DNA from: Paraspadella gotoi
Taxonomy: Eukaryota; Animalia; Chaetognatha
Assembly: GCA_051294375.1 (NCBI GenBank)
Contig: CM119263.1
Coordinates: 17,280,171-17,344,170, forward strand
Length of the DNA stretch: 64,000 nt
Reading direction: 5' to 3'
Shown: in pieces, positions 12,752 to 37,922 of the stretch
How the letters are laid out: every line of letters starts with the position of its first letter
Numbering within the stretch: the first letter of the stretch is position 1
Position numbers and translations under genes: made by a program
Notes under the pieces: model-generated
The model's input: only the letters and a program-made list of their open reading frames with translations
The model's database searches: none
Told to the model about the DNA's origin: nothing

Positions 12752-13676
12752 AAAAAGACGAGCAACATGAAGCAATCGTTCAGAATTAATAGAAATTAGA
12801 AAACGACCAAGCTACAAATAGTTAGAAAGACAGAGAAAAGAGGAGAAGAGAATCAACCGAGATGAGGTCAGGAGCCATAAAATCAAGTAACAATCATCCC
12901 TTCCGATGAACCAACGCTGTCTTCCCTTTTCGTTCTTGGATTGGTTTTAATTAATCCTTTTATGTTTATTTTTAACGAGGCAGAGTTATGTTTCTTCGTT
13001 GGCAGCGCCGAATTTTTATTTGTTTTATTCGTTTTACACGATAATTGTCCTACTGAAGCTAAAACCATGAAGGGCTTATTTCAGAAGCATGTTTGTTTCT
13101 GGTGGCATGCTTGATTGGTGATTGTTTAATTGTTTACGAATTGAAGAAAATAAAAAATTAAAATAATCGAAGCATGGGAACGTTTACTAAAACGTAATTC
13201 TTGGCAATATTTTTAAAACTTTAGAATAGTTTTTTTGCTTTCTTTTCTGATTATTTGCTTGTTTTCTTTTTATCTTCCCCTTCTGCGTCCATTCTTCCTT
13301 TCCAACTTGATAATACATTCTCTACTACTATACATTAAACAAGAGGGAGAGTGAGAGAGAGCAACGCAGCCAGGGGCCCCTGAGGCCGAAGTATGTAAGG
13401 GATAAAATCTATTTTACGAGGCAATTATCTTGTCACCGAAAGGCCCTACATCTCGATTTTCTCTCTCTCTCTCTCTCTCTCGCTCTCTCTCTCTGTTTCT
13501 CTGTATCTCTCTTTCTCTCTCTCCTATCTATATCCATGAACATCGAAATTGCTCCGCCTCGCATCTTCGCCGCCCCTCCGTCAATCCTCCTCCTCCTCTT
13601 CCTTCTCTTCTTGAACCTCCTCCTCCCCTTCCTCTTCCTCTTCCTCTTATTCTTTCCCGACGTCGTCCTATCTCGT

Positions 13677-13733
<57 letters not shown>

Positions 13734-14558
13734 TGTCACTCTTGACTCTTGACACTTTTCACCTTCTCGCCTACGTCGGATTTAGTCTCTCGCTCTCTTG
13801 CTCGGTATCCTCCTTCATTTTGTCCATGTTGCTTGTTTGACGTCTCGGTCCCTAGTCTTCGTCAACAACGGACACGTTTCTACGAAAACTTTTTCCTATC
13901 GCCAAAAGATTTCATCCCGTTAAAACTTTTTGAGGACATTTGATTGACGTTCACTATTAGCTGTGCAATTGATCTGCTGCTTGGTTGTGCTAACACTAAC
14001 CAACACTGACCAATGCTTGACTGGCGCGGGCAAATCGGCATTTCGTGACGCAGCGCAAAAGACCGTAAAATCGCATACTGTATTCTACACAAAACGTCTT
14101 CTGTTTTCGAACATAAACAAAAAATTCCCCCACCCCCTGTCCTCCCTCGATCGTAAATCGTCGCCCAAAACCTAAAAACCAAAAAAGTGAAATAAATTTT
14201 TAGAAAAGAACGAATTATAAACATTCGTAAACCATAAAGAGCAAAAAAGGGGGAAAAATAATCGATTCGTTGTGCCGGAGATTTTTGTTTCGACGTCGCC
14301 GCGTTTGTCATCGCGAGAGTCTTGGACCCGTTTGACGACGAGATCCAGAGATTTAGTCGGAAGGGGAAGTCCCGAGTTACCGAGAAGTTACCGAGAAGTT
14401 ACCGCGAAGAAATTTAAAGGAGGACGAGACTCCTTTGAAAGTCGCTTCGTCTTTATAACTGCAAAATATAGACTTTCGGCAAATTTCTTTTTGCAACCAA
14501 GAAATCTCTTTTCGAGGCCAACACGTCTCTGCCCATCCTCCCCATAGTTAACTTAATC

Positions 14559-27772
<13,214 letters not shown>

Positions 27773-28028
27773 TTCTTCCTTCGAGGCGCCTGAATATTTT
27801 TAATCCTTTGTTCACGAAGCTTCCACTTTCTTTTATGGCGCGATTTACTCTTAAAACTGACCTGGCGCGATTCGAAAACACTGTTGTAGTTTTTATTCTT
27901 TATTCGACGACGTTCTGTTCTGGATTAATAGAAACAAATCTATGATATGAATTATAATTTTTCCCCCCTCTTTCCTCTTTTCGAAAATCGTTCTTAACTT
28001 ATTGGTTGCTGTCCTTACTCATTCCATT

Positions 28029-28034
28029 AATAAA
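28029..28034 (+). terminator. Candidate polyadenylation signal of Lbx
   Basis: AATAAA ~260 nt after the Lbx stop, followed by TG-rich sequence, upstream of the next gene. Confidence 0.4.
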
Positions 28035-28336
28035 TGTTTTCATGAATATTATATAAATGTGTGTCACCGTCTCGATGTTAGTCTTTTAATATAAATGAAC
28101 TAAACCTTAAACATAATTGCAGGTTTTTAAATGATGTGCGATCAGATAGTTAATAAAAAAAACTCTCTACGTACATTTTTAGATATAACGTTGGATTATA
28201 TCGAAAGATAATAGGGTAAATTTTTTATGTTCCAAATCAATCGTTTCGAATCAACTAAAAAGCTCTTTACTCTCCCGTCGGTAAATCTTTCTCTTAGCGC
28301 CGAACAACTAAAAAGTTTTTAAAATATCAAAGCAAT

Positions 28337-31041
28337 ATGCGTTTGCTTTTGCAGCATCTGCTGATTCTTTCTTCCCCTTTGCTGCATTTCACCGACTCAG
28401 CCGTCGACGAGGCGACGAATTTGGCCTTCGGTCGTCGAGTCGAGGTTTCGTCGCGGCATCCCGAGTTCGCCGACCCCGAGACCCTGGTCGACGGGATAGT
28501 TCGGGGATTCCCTGTTAAATTCCGAAGTAAACTAATGAAAGAAAGAAAATCCGGCGTAACCAACGTACCACCATTGAGGCGCGAATCCGTAAGAAGAGTC
28601 GGGAAGTTGGAATCGCCCGTGAAGTTGGAACAGGCTTTAAACAGTCAGCGAGTTGTTTTCAAAACTAGTTATAATGAGTCTGAACGATTGTTGAAAATTT
28701 CAGGTTTTTCTACAAAGAAAGAACCGAATCCTTGGGTACAAATCGATTTGGGCGACAGCAAAGACGTTGACGTTGTCGAGGTTAAACTTCACCTATATAT
28801 TGAATGAAAAGTTGCTGCTGCCGTGGATTTCTCACGACTTTATCTTAATTTAAAGAAGTGAACTTCAATCCCTTGACAGATTCATCATTGTCCCGCCAAC
28901 GATTCCGACGACCGTATTTTTCCCTTCCGCATATTGATTGGCGCCGAATCGAACGACGCCTCTTCCCCCAGCGGAAACTCTTGCGGCGGCGTCAAAGGAA
29001 CACGGCCTACGCAGCCGCCGATCGTCGTCCCATGCGGCGGAATGCGCGGTCGCTTCGTATCCCTCGTCGTCGACGGCGATGGCAGGGAGACGGCACTGCA
29101 GCTCGACGAGATCGCGGTGATGGGAATCGGGCGCCGCGCGGACGTCAACGACTCCGACGAGACGGTCGACAGGCTCCGTCTCCGACGAGCCGCGCAACCA
29201 TCGGGAGCGGACGAGGCGAAGAAACCAACTCAGCCGCCACCGACGGAGCCCCCGCCGAAATACGACCTCGGCGTGGAGAGGCTTCCATCGACGGCTGCGC
29301 CAGGGTTGACGATGACGCCCACGGTGACCGTTTTGGCCGGAAACGTGCCCGGCGAACCTATTCCACCAAAGAGCAAAACTAGAAAGGGAAAAGGAAAAAA
29401 GGTAAGGGCTGAAAAAGGGGGTCTTCAATAAGATAAGTAGACTGTAATGTGAAAAAAAGTGATATTGTGCTGCGTTGGCAAAGCGTGATGGTACCGGTGT
29501 AACCGCATCAGTGTCAGGAGTCGTCACTGAGGTTCCAAAGCAACCAATGCCAACAAGTGAGATGCCCCTCCTAACTGTGGTGAAGTGAAAGTTTGGAATC
29601 AAAGTAATATCTTGAAAACTTTTATATTAGTGAATACTAATCTATAATTATTTTTCTTTTTTTATATTAAAATTTTAAAATAAATCTAAAAATTTAATAA
29701 ATTTTACTATATATAATGTCAAAATTTCAAAATGTTTTTTTTTTAATTCTGAGAACAGATTCAGTTTCCCCGTTAAAAGTTGATAAAAGAAAATGTAAAT
29801 ATTTTTAAAACATTATGTCATTAAGTCGGTTATAATTATAAAAAACTATATTTTTAAGCTGGAAATTAAAAAATTGGCGTCTTAAATATAGTTTTTAACG
29901 TTTTTCACCAACTTAATGAAAGAATTTTCGAAAAAGAAATTATACTTTCTTATATCAACTTTTTGCAAGGAATCCAAATCCAATCTTAAAATTTAAGAAT
30001 TTGCATTTTAAAATTTCAGCTATTTTATACTTATTATATATAAATATATATATAATATATATCTCCCTGGTGCCCACTAAAGTATAAAATTAAAAAATAA
30101 ATTTACCAAAATATTTTATTGGCTTTTGTTTTCATGTTCTATATGCTAAATTTTCATTTTTTAAAATTTTATTATTTTCACATCACTCAACTGTGCATCA
30201 CTGCCATTAGTCAATCCTACAAATGCCTTTGCGTAGTTTGTATTATCAAGAGGTTAGTCTATGTAGCGGTGCGAAGCTACCTGATCGGAACCCTCTGTGT
30301 CAGGGCGGAGGCGGCGGAAGCGGCGAGGATGAAGAGGGTTTCTGCTCCACGGGCTGCTTCATATTCATCGTCATCTTCTTGGCGGCGTTGGTCGGATTCC
30401 TCATGCTCGTCTCCTCGACGGTCAACAGAAGGAACGCGGAAAAGAAGGAGGAAGATAAAAACGTCAATCAGAACGAGAACGAAGGGGAGGGGGAGGAGGA
30501 AGGGGAGGATGAATGGCAGGAAGCGATGATATTCGGGACCGAGAGATGGAGGAAGAGATGGGAGGCGGACCAAGTGTCCGAGTATTCGTGGAACAGAAAC
30601 GTCTCGGCCCGGTATTACTGGAACCACATGATGGAAGAGGAAGAAGGAGAGGGGGCGAGGCAGCCCTACCGGTGGGAGGAAGTGGTGGAGGGGAATTTGA
30701 ACGAGAACAGACGGATGAGTAAGGAAGAGAGAGACAGAGAGGAATGGAGGAAGAGGAGAAGAGATAGGAGGGAGAGGAAGAGGGCGAAATCGGATGGACG
30801 TGAGAGGAGGGTGAGAAACGGGGAAGATAAAAAAATGGGGGAGAGATGGACAAGACGAGGAGAGATTGAACGAGAGGGGGAAGTTGAAACGAGAACGGAG
30901 GAAAGAAGAGATGGACCGGAGAAACGAACGTCCAGAGAGTCGAAGATGACAGCGAATTCGTCGACCACGACGACGACGACGACCAACACGACGAGGGACG
31001 GAGTCAAATATCAGGGATTGAAAACTGACTATTCTTTTTAA
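28337..31041 (+). CDS. Type I membrane protein with an N-terminal F-type lectin (fucolectin/F5-8-like) domain, Pro/Thr stalk, TM helix and charged tail (~508 aa); exons 28337-28526, 28704-28780, 28880-29401, 30304-31041
   Basis: Signal peptide, then NLAFGRRVEVSS...LVDG, STKKEPNPWVQIDLG..DVDVVE|I, FRILIG..NSC..PCGGMRGRFVSL..LQLDEIAVMG; TM CFIFIVIFLAALVGFLMLV. Phases are consistent. The first intron is inferred from domain spacing, and an extra Thr-rich exon near 29470-29556 is possible. Confidence 0.75.
29708..30186 (-). repeat. Family B dispersed repeat, inverted copy (lectin gene intron)
   Basis: Reverse complement match to 18065-18502. Confidence 0.8.
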
Positions 31042-31466
31042 AATGACAAAATTTGAAGACAGATTTTTCGCGTGAAAGTCTGAAATTGAAAAATCGATGT
31101 TTTTTTTTATTCGTAAAATTAAGGCCAAAAAAATCAATTTTGTTAAGTGACACTTGTTCGCCTTTACGTTTCGTTTGGAAATAAAAAAACAATTTCAGTT
31201 TCTTCAACAGTCAAAATTTATTTGACAATAAAATCAGAAAAATATATATTGTCATCGTTTAGTGAAAAGCTGAGTTTTTAGTTGTAATGTCCCTGGAAGC
31301 AGCAGAAGGCTGAGTATTTAATAAGCTCATGTGCTGGATGTAAGTACCCGGAAAAAAAATCTTATTCTGATTCCTTAATTAAAACGAACTTAAAAGCCAA
31401 AAATTTTCTCCATCATCCCTTGTTTTTAAATTCCTCTAGCCAGCCCTCGAGTCCACAGCAGATGCC

Positions 31467-32298
31467 TCATTGGCCCGACGGGTTAATGCCCCTTTTGAGG
31501 AGATCCTCCAACAGCACGGCGTTCCTCCAGCGGGTGAAGCCATCCTGGCGCATGCGGTGATCAAAGATGTATTTGTCGTAGCGGCGCACGTCTTCGTGCT
31601 GGAGGAAAGATAGACAGGGATTGATCATTGCGTCACCATCGCTGAAAAGCTTTATTTATATAGCACGACGTCTAAACTCTCACCTCTCTTTGGATGTAAG
31701 CGTCGCGAGATTCCGAATGGTCGACGTTGAAGAGGATTCCCGGTTGAATGTTTTGGCGCAGGGCATCGCTGAAGGATAATTCGACAGTGTCTTGGCATAT
31801 TCATAAAAAAAAAAAAAATAAAAAAAAAGGGCACTAAACAGACATAAATACCGACACGGACAGACAGTCAGATAGACAGACAAACAGACAGAGACAGAAA
31901 GGGAGGCAGACCGGAATAATATCAGAAAAAAAAATCCAATCCCCGAAATAGGCCAAATGACCTGATGTCCCTGTAGTAAGGTTGGAGTTTTGGCTTGACG
32001 AGAGGCTTAAAGAGCGGGACTGTCTCTGGTCTCAGACAAGGATGGAGATAATCGCAGTCAACGGCCATCGGAGGACATTTCTCTGTGCTCGACGGTTGGG
32101 GGGCGTCCTCGGTGTCTGGGATGTACAATTGTACAATTTTGTCTTGATATTACCCAACTCCCAAAGCGAATTCAGCATGCTCATTGCTCAATAGTAATTA
32201 ATAATTATTTTTATGATTGTAAACTTACCTTTTTTCCCTTCGAAAGGCGGGGGATCTTTAAGGCGATGGAAGCAAACAGGACGCTCGAACCGACTCAT
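31467..32298 (-). CDS. Small 146-aa protein resembling TEX33/CIMIP4 (ciliary microtubule inner protein); exons 32298-32229, 32115-31962, 31768-31684, 31598-31467
   Basis: Four GT-AG exons with matching phases (441 nt). The C-terminus YYRDISDALRQNIQPG..HSESRDAY..HRMRQDGFTRWRNAVLLEDLLKR follows the TEX33 pattern as I recall it (Y..LGY.LRSNLF.G...SLM..SY...W.GRKTD.LGRW). The gene model is more certain than the family call. Confidence 0.7.
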
Positions 32299-32653
32299 CC
32301 TTTACCTTTTCTTTTCCTTGTATTTTCTGTTTGTTTTTTTTTCTTTAGCGCTCTAAATTTTCTTAATGCCCAACTAACCAATTTTAAAGGATTCCATTTA
32401 AACATTTTTTTCTCGTTTAATCCTTCACACACGAGAGTGCTTCTATGATGAAGTATAACTTTGAATCTGTCACCTTTCAATGAAAGTGTCATTAAATTTA
32501 AACGTTTCAGCCTCCGACCTCAACGACTTTTGTTTTAATATCTAAGTGTGTTTTTAGTGTTCACGTTAGAGAGCAGTAAGATTCTGATTCAAGTAAAGAC
32601 AAAGGAACAAGGATTTAAAAAGACATAAATTTGTTGATGGGTCTTTTCAACTA

Positions 32654-32725
32654 TCCCATGTGGTCTAGTGGTTAGGATTTGGCGCTTTCACCGCCACGGC
32701 CGGGGTTCGATTCCCCGCATGGGAG
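32654..32725 (+). tRNA. tRNA-Glu-TTC: tRNA-Glu (anticodon TTC)
   Basis: Acceptor stem TCCCATG/CATGGGA, A box TGGTCTAGTGG, anticodon arm TGGCG-CTTTCAC-CGCCA, B box GGTTCGATTCC, and an oligo-T Pol III terminator immediately downstream. Confidence 0.96.
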
Positions 32726-33533
32726 TTTTTTTTATTTAGTAACTATTTTTCGCTCTGCCATAAGTATTTTGCAATTGTGCAATTAACTATTACCGCAAAA
32801 TCACAATTTAACGTATATAAGTCGGAACATAGAATGCTCAGGAGCTTTACATTTGTTAAACATATAAAGAACACAGAGAGAAATAACAACAAACAACAAC
32901 AAAAATTACATTTAGGGGTGGTAAATAACGATCATTTTTTATCACAGGATTTTTAACAAATATCAACCTACCGACTTTACATGACAACCGATTACTTCAC
33001 GATTTATTAATGATTAAAAATTGGTAATTTTTTAAATGAGAACTGCCGAAGAGTAAAAAATGTTGTTTTTAGTTTTCTTATTGAATATTTACAGCTGCAG
33101 TGCAAAGAAAAAATTACGGATAACGTCTGAAAACGTCAACTTATATTATTTATAAATGAAAATTTACAAATTACTTTTTTCATTATTTTCTATTTTTATA
33201 TTTTATGAAGGATTTAGTATTTAATCTATACTATTTAATCAAATATATATTGCTTTCTTTCTTAAAATTTTTTTACTTATCATTATATCTAATAACTCAA
33301 TTTGGGAAGGGGAAGTCAGTGTTGTCTTCTTGAAATAGAGGGAGCATCTATACAACACAAGGTTAGATTAGATTAGGTTAATGTAATACGGTAAATATAG
33401 TTTTGTCCCTTGGAATTCTGGTGATCGATCCATTTTTTCAGGCCTTTATTAAGATAGAGTCTTTAATAAAGGTGAAAATTTGAGTATTATTCAAAGTGCG
33501 TATTTTTCAAACGAAACTCGATATTTGCAGAAT

Positions 33534-36500
33534 TCAATTTTTGTTGCACCACTTGCAAAACAACCATTTGTTGAAGTGACTTCGAAATGAAGCCGATAGA
33601 AAATAAAGAGCAATGGGATTCGTTCCAGAGTTCAGAAATTGTAAACAAAAGGCGGTTATTTTGAAGACGTGAATGTAGAAGTTAAACGAACAATCGGTGA
33701 AGAACCTAAAAAATATAAGATGAAAAGGGGTTCAGAAAAAAGTGCCATTCGCGGAAAAGAAGCTACCAATTAAATATTGCATAGATTTTCAATTTTTGGT
33801 GAGATCAATAATTACCAAATCATGTGAAACAGTCTTGTCGGAGTCCATGTGATAAAAAAGATCAATACAAGCGACAGAACCGTCCAAGCAACTCGTTGTC
33901 TTGTTTCTATCTGCCGAACTCTGGATCCTTTTCCTTTGCTGGAGAAGAAAAAAGCATTATTAGGTCAAAAAAAATATTTAGGTCACTGATTTCTCCCATT
34001 ACACTTTAAAACACTTTACAACTTTAAAAATTTAATTTTTCTATGTTTGCCATGACATAAGCAACCATTATATGAGCTGTAAAATGTATTTTGTATTTTG
34101 TATTGTATATATATATATATATAATTTATATTGTACTGTATAAGGCATACTTTATTAGATAACAACGTTTGAATCGGTGAATTACCAAAGGGTTTTATCT
34201 TGACCCTTCTTGTCTTTCAAGATGATGGACTTGTCCCTGGCGGACGAGGAAGCTCTGAAGGATGACGAATTCTCGGCGAAGTTGAACCCGTCTTTGAAGG
34301 ATCGCTTGAATATAAAGCTTTCATTCGTTGGTCGCTTCGCCCGAGATTTACGGGAGGTATCCTTCTGAAATATTATTTTGTTTTATGTAAAATAAAATCA
34401 TAATAATGAATATTGAAAAAAATTTGACTCGCGATAAACATAATCTATAGCTGATTTATATGACAAATTAACAGATAACATGATTATTTTTAACGTTGGT
34501 GAAGTAAAGATATTTGAATATATTCTTGAACAAAATAAATATTGTCGTTTTGTTTCGTATGCAGGCTACTAATTTAACTACCTGACAATTGGCATGACTT
34601 GATGTTGGGGCGCTCAAGTTTTTTATAGTAATGTCTGTAGCTTGAACCTCATTGTCCTCCTTTGAAGAAGAGCCTGAGTTGAAGAAATGCTGCTGTTTAA
34701 TACTCTTTTTGAAATACTACTCTCTTTATCTCTATCCTTTCGTCGAAAAATAAAGAAAAACCTTTCGATCGTTCATCTTCTTTAATCTCCTCCAGTTTTA
34801 CGCTTTCCATGGGAAGATTTTTGGTACTTCTGATCAAATGACTGGCCATCAAAATGTAGCAAACTTAAAAGAATGCAAAGAATATTTTTATCTAAAAAAT
34901 ATTAGATAGTGGTTATATGGTCTTTTATGAATTAATAACGACTGAAAAATTAGTTTATAAATATATTGGTGTTGGTTCTTGGTAAAATTAGAAGAGGGTT
35001 CAGACGTTAGCTAAATGTCACCGCCACTTGATAGAAAAACCAACTATAAAATCAAAATCTATGTATTACAAGTTAAGATTAAAGGTCCCTCTTTCTGTTT
35101 AACTTTAAAGTCCGTTTTTTCCGTCATCCGACTCGACATCCGACTTCGACACTGAAGAGGAAAACAATACCGGCTAAGGAATAGTTCAGTTTCGCTGTTC
35201 CCGCCTCAACAAGATATCTTCTCTTCGAATGCTGTTTAAAAATTTTCTACTCCCACTTTCGATCGAACTTTTCCTTTCGCTTTTTTGCAAAGATCACTCA
35301 AAGATGGAAAAAACGCACACCTCGGAAAAACCCGTCCTAAAATACATCGAGGACACGTTTGTTAAACCTCGTCTGCATCCGGCTCAAACGGGTCTCATCG
35401 AAAAGACCTTGAAACACAGCCGAAGCCGTATGATGGGTTCCATGGATCAGCTTCATTTCCTGGCTCAACTGTGTCGCCTAATTGGCGCCAAGAAGACGTT
35501 GGACGTCGGCGTCTATACCGGATTCTCGTCGCTGACAATCGCCTTGGCGCTCCCTGAGGACGGAAAGGTGGTGGCTTGCGACATTTCGGAAGAGTATCCG
35601 GAGATCGGCAAACCATTCTGGAAATCTGCCGGCGTCGATGGAAAAATTTCCCTCCGGATTGCCCCGGCCATGGAAACTTTGAATTCTCTCGTCGAAGCCG
35701 AGTCCGGTACCTTCGATTTCGCCTTCATTGACGCCGACAAAGAAAATTACGGCAACTACTACGATGTCTGCATGAAGTTGATCCGTTCGGGCGGCATCAT
35801 CGCTGTCGACAACGCCACCTGGTCCGGGAGGGTGGCAGACCCGGCCGTTCAGGACGCGGAAACCGCCGCCATTCGCCGCTTAAATGAAATAATCGCCGGC
35901 GACGACAGAGTCGAGGCTTCCCTACTCGACATTGCCGACGGGGTCGTCATTGCCTTCAAGAAGTAGACTGTTCGCAAGTTCGACCGTTGAAAATTTTCTT
36001 TTTTCAGTTATAGAAATGAAAAACTATGCTCAATTGGTCATTGCTAAATTATCCATACTCTATAGTCTATTATAAGTGTTAGACATTGCAGGATGCTTGT
36101 TTTTCTTTCTTTTTATTTAATAGGAATTAAATAAAAAATGTAAATGTAAATTGAATTATTTCTATGAATCTTTTCTATCAAGTAAAAATATGTAATCATT
36201 TAGTTACCTTCATAACAACATCGTACCTGAAATGAGCGTGAGAGGGATAACGTAATAAAATGCGAATCGATATATGCAACGAACTTTGAGGTAAATCTCG
36301 TAGTTGGCCTCGCAGGACGATAAACTTTAAATAAAATGTTTGTAAATTTGTTTTCATATTTTTCTATTTTTCTATTCTAATCTGTTAATTAAATCTGATA
36401 AAATTAAATTTTATTAAATTTGATAAAATCTGGAATCACATTTGAATTTATATTAGGAGGTATTTTTATATACTTGCTCTTTCCTGGATTGAAATCCAAA

Positions 36501-37838
36501 TAGCTAATATGTGAATATGATTTCGTCATTAGTCACTGATCAACTCACCCGCGTTCGTTCCAACCAAAAATGGCATTGAGGGTTTCTGGACTGGAGTGCG
36601 GGTCGCAGAAGTGAATGTCGCTGCAGTCGGAACTAAAGGTAGAGTTGATCGAAGGCTTTTGACAATAGTAGTTACATCTGACTTCACTGAGCAACAGGTC
36701 GGGAATTCCTAGAACCAAAGCGATCGTCCAAATCACCGCCGCCTTCACGATAGTTTTTCTGCGCAACCGATCTGGAATAACGCGGTTTTTAAAAATAAGT
36801 GCGAGGGTAAGAAAGGCAAAGGATCTTTGCACTGACCAACGTGAGAGTGGTGCCACAAAGGATTAGCCGTGGCAGAATATCTGTCGTAGGAGAGCGCCAC
36901 CAAAGTGAAGACGGAAACGCCCACCGAAACTTCTTGAAGATAATTTGTAACGCGACAGATTGTGGATCCGAACGGATATTCCTGTAAAAAAGCTCATTGT
37001 ACAAAAGTGTTTCGTAGCGAATTTAGTGAACAAATTTTTACCTTGAGTGCGTAAACTAACGTGATGAATGGAACGCATAAAACAAGAACCATCAAGTCGC
37101 CGATCGAGAGATTAAGAATGAAAATATTGGGTACATTTCTCATGGTTTTGTTTGCCAGAATAGTCACGACAATCGCCATGTTTCCGATGACGCCTTGTAA
37201 AGTTAAAAGTTACAAATATGAGGAAACTCGTCGGACGATAATTTATACTCTTTTCTATCGAGCTTCGATAAGAAAAGAATAGTTTTTAACATTTGTATCA
37301 TCATTTTGCGACAACTAAAAGATTGTAATCCGCTTCTACACGTTTACCCCCGAGGGAGCCGCCTAGCATATTACTACATGTAACGGGCAGGTAAACCCGC
37401 TTGTGACGTGGTACTATTAATTTGATTTAAATAACAAATTAGAAATAGCTTTCGTAATACTGATATACGAAGTTTTTTCCATGAAAAATCTAGATTGCTT
37501 GGCAATGTTGTCTTCATCCGCAGTCTCATATATCAGAGCGACGAAGAAGCAAGATACAACCAGATGTCCGAAGCGTCATAAATTAAGTCCGATACTTAAT
37601 ACAACAATAAATATATGTCGACAATAACAAAAACTACAAAAGGTAGCTCTCTCTCTGTCTCTCTCTCTTTCTCAATTTTTGGTCGTCATAACTATTATTA
37701 TATCTAACTATTATCATTTATGTATTCCCTGTTGTCACCTGTCACGAATATGAAACCGAAGACAACGGGTACAATTACAGCCTCGGGTCTGTTGTGAAAC
37801 AGGCTTGTTTCTGTAGACGATGAGTTGCTGTAGTTCAT
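33534..37838 (-). CDS. Rhodopsin-class neuropeptide GPCR of the CCHamide/excitatory peptide-bombesin/GRP receptor family (~461 aa); exons 37838-37739, 37193-37042, 36981-36837, 36771-36549, 36324-36227, 34863-34762, 34673-34582, 34364-34186, 33938-33816, 33705-33534
   Basis: RPEAVIVPVVFGFIFVTGVIGN (TM1), MRNVPNIFILNLSIGDL (TM2), VSVGVSVFTLVALSYDRY (TM3), YYVIPLTLISVCYILMASHLIRSTKNLP (TM5), RQIETRQRVAWTVL..WTP (TM6), HVFKITAFCLQFLNSGTNPIALYFLSASFR (TM7). All nine introns are GT-AG and phase-consistent; total 1386 nt. Confidence 0.93.
35304..35966 (+). CDS. SAM-dependent class I O-methyltransferase (COMTD1/caffeoyl-CoA OMT-like), intronless, nested antisense in GPCR intron 5
   Basis: Motifs AKKTLDVGVYTGFSSL, VVACDI, FDFAFIDADKENY, GGIIAVDNATWSGRV, DGV. 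The ORF is open from 35229, but the likely ATG is 35304, just after an AG acceptor at ~35292. Confidence 0.93.
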   Translation: MEKTHTSEKPVLKYIEDTFVKPRLHPAQTGLIEKTLKHSRSRMMGSMDQLHFLAQLCRLIGAKKTLDVGVYTGFSSLTIALALPEDGKVVACDISEEYPEIGKPFWKSAGVDGKISLRIAPAMETLNSLVEAESGTFDFAFIDADKENYGNYYDVCMKLIRSGGIIAVDNATWSGRVADPAVQDAETAAIRRLNEIIAGDDRVEASLLDIADGVVIAFKK

Positions 37839-37922
37839 TGTGAGTTCCTAAAATAAAATGTTCTATAATAGTTAACTTTTAATATTGCTCTAATTTTAAA
37901 TGATTGTTTCAGAGCAAATTAA

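Noticed and set aside
35229-35966. Bacterial contamination explaining the methyltransferase
   Set aside because: It is flanked on both sides by phase-consistent exons of an animal GPCR with no gap, and there is no operon context.
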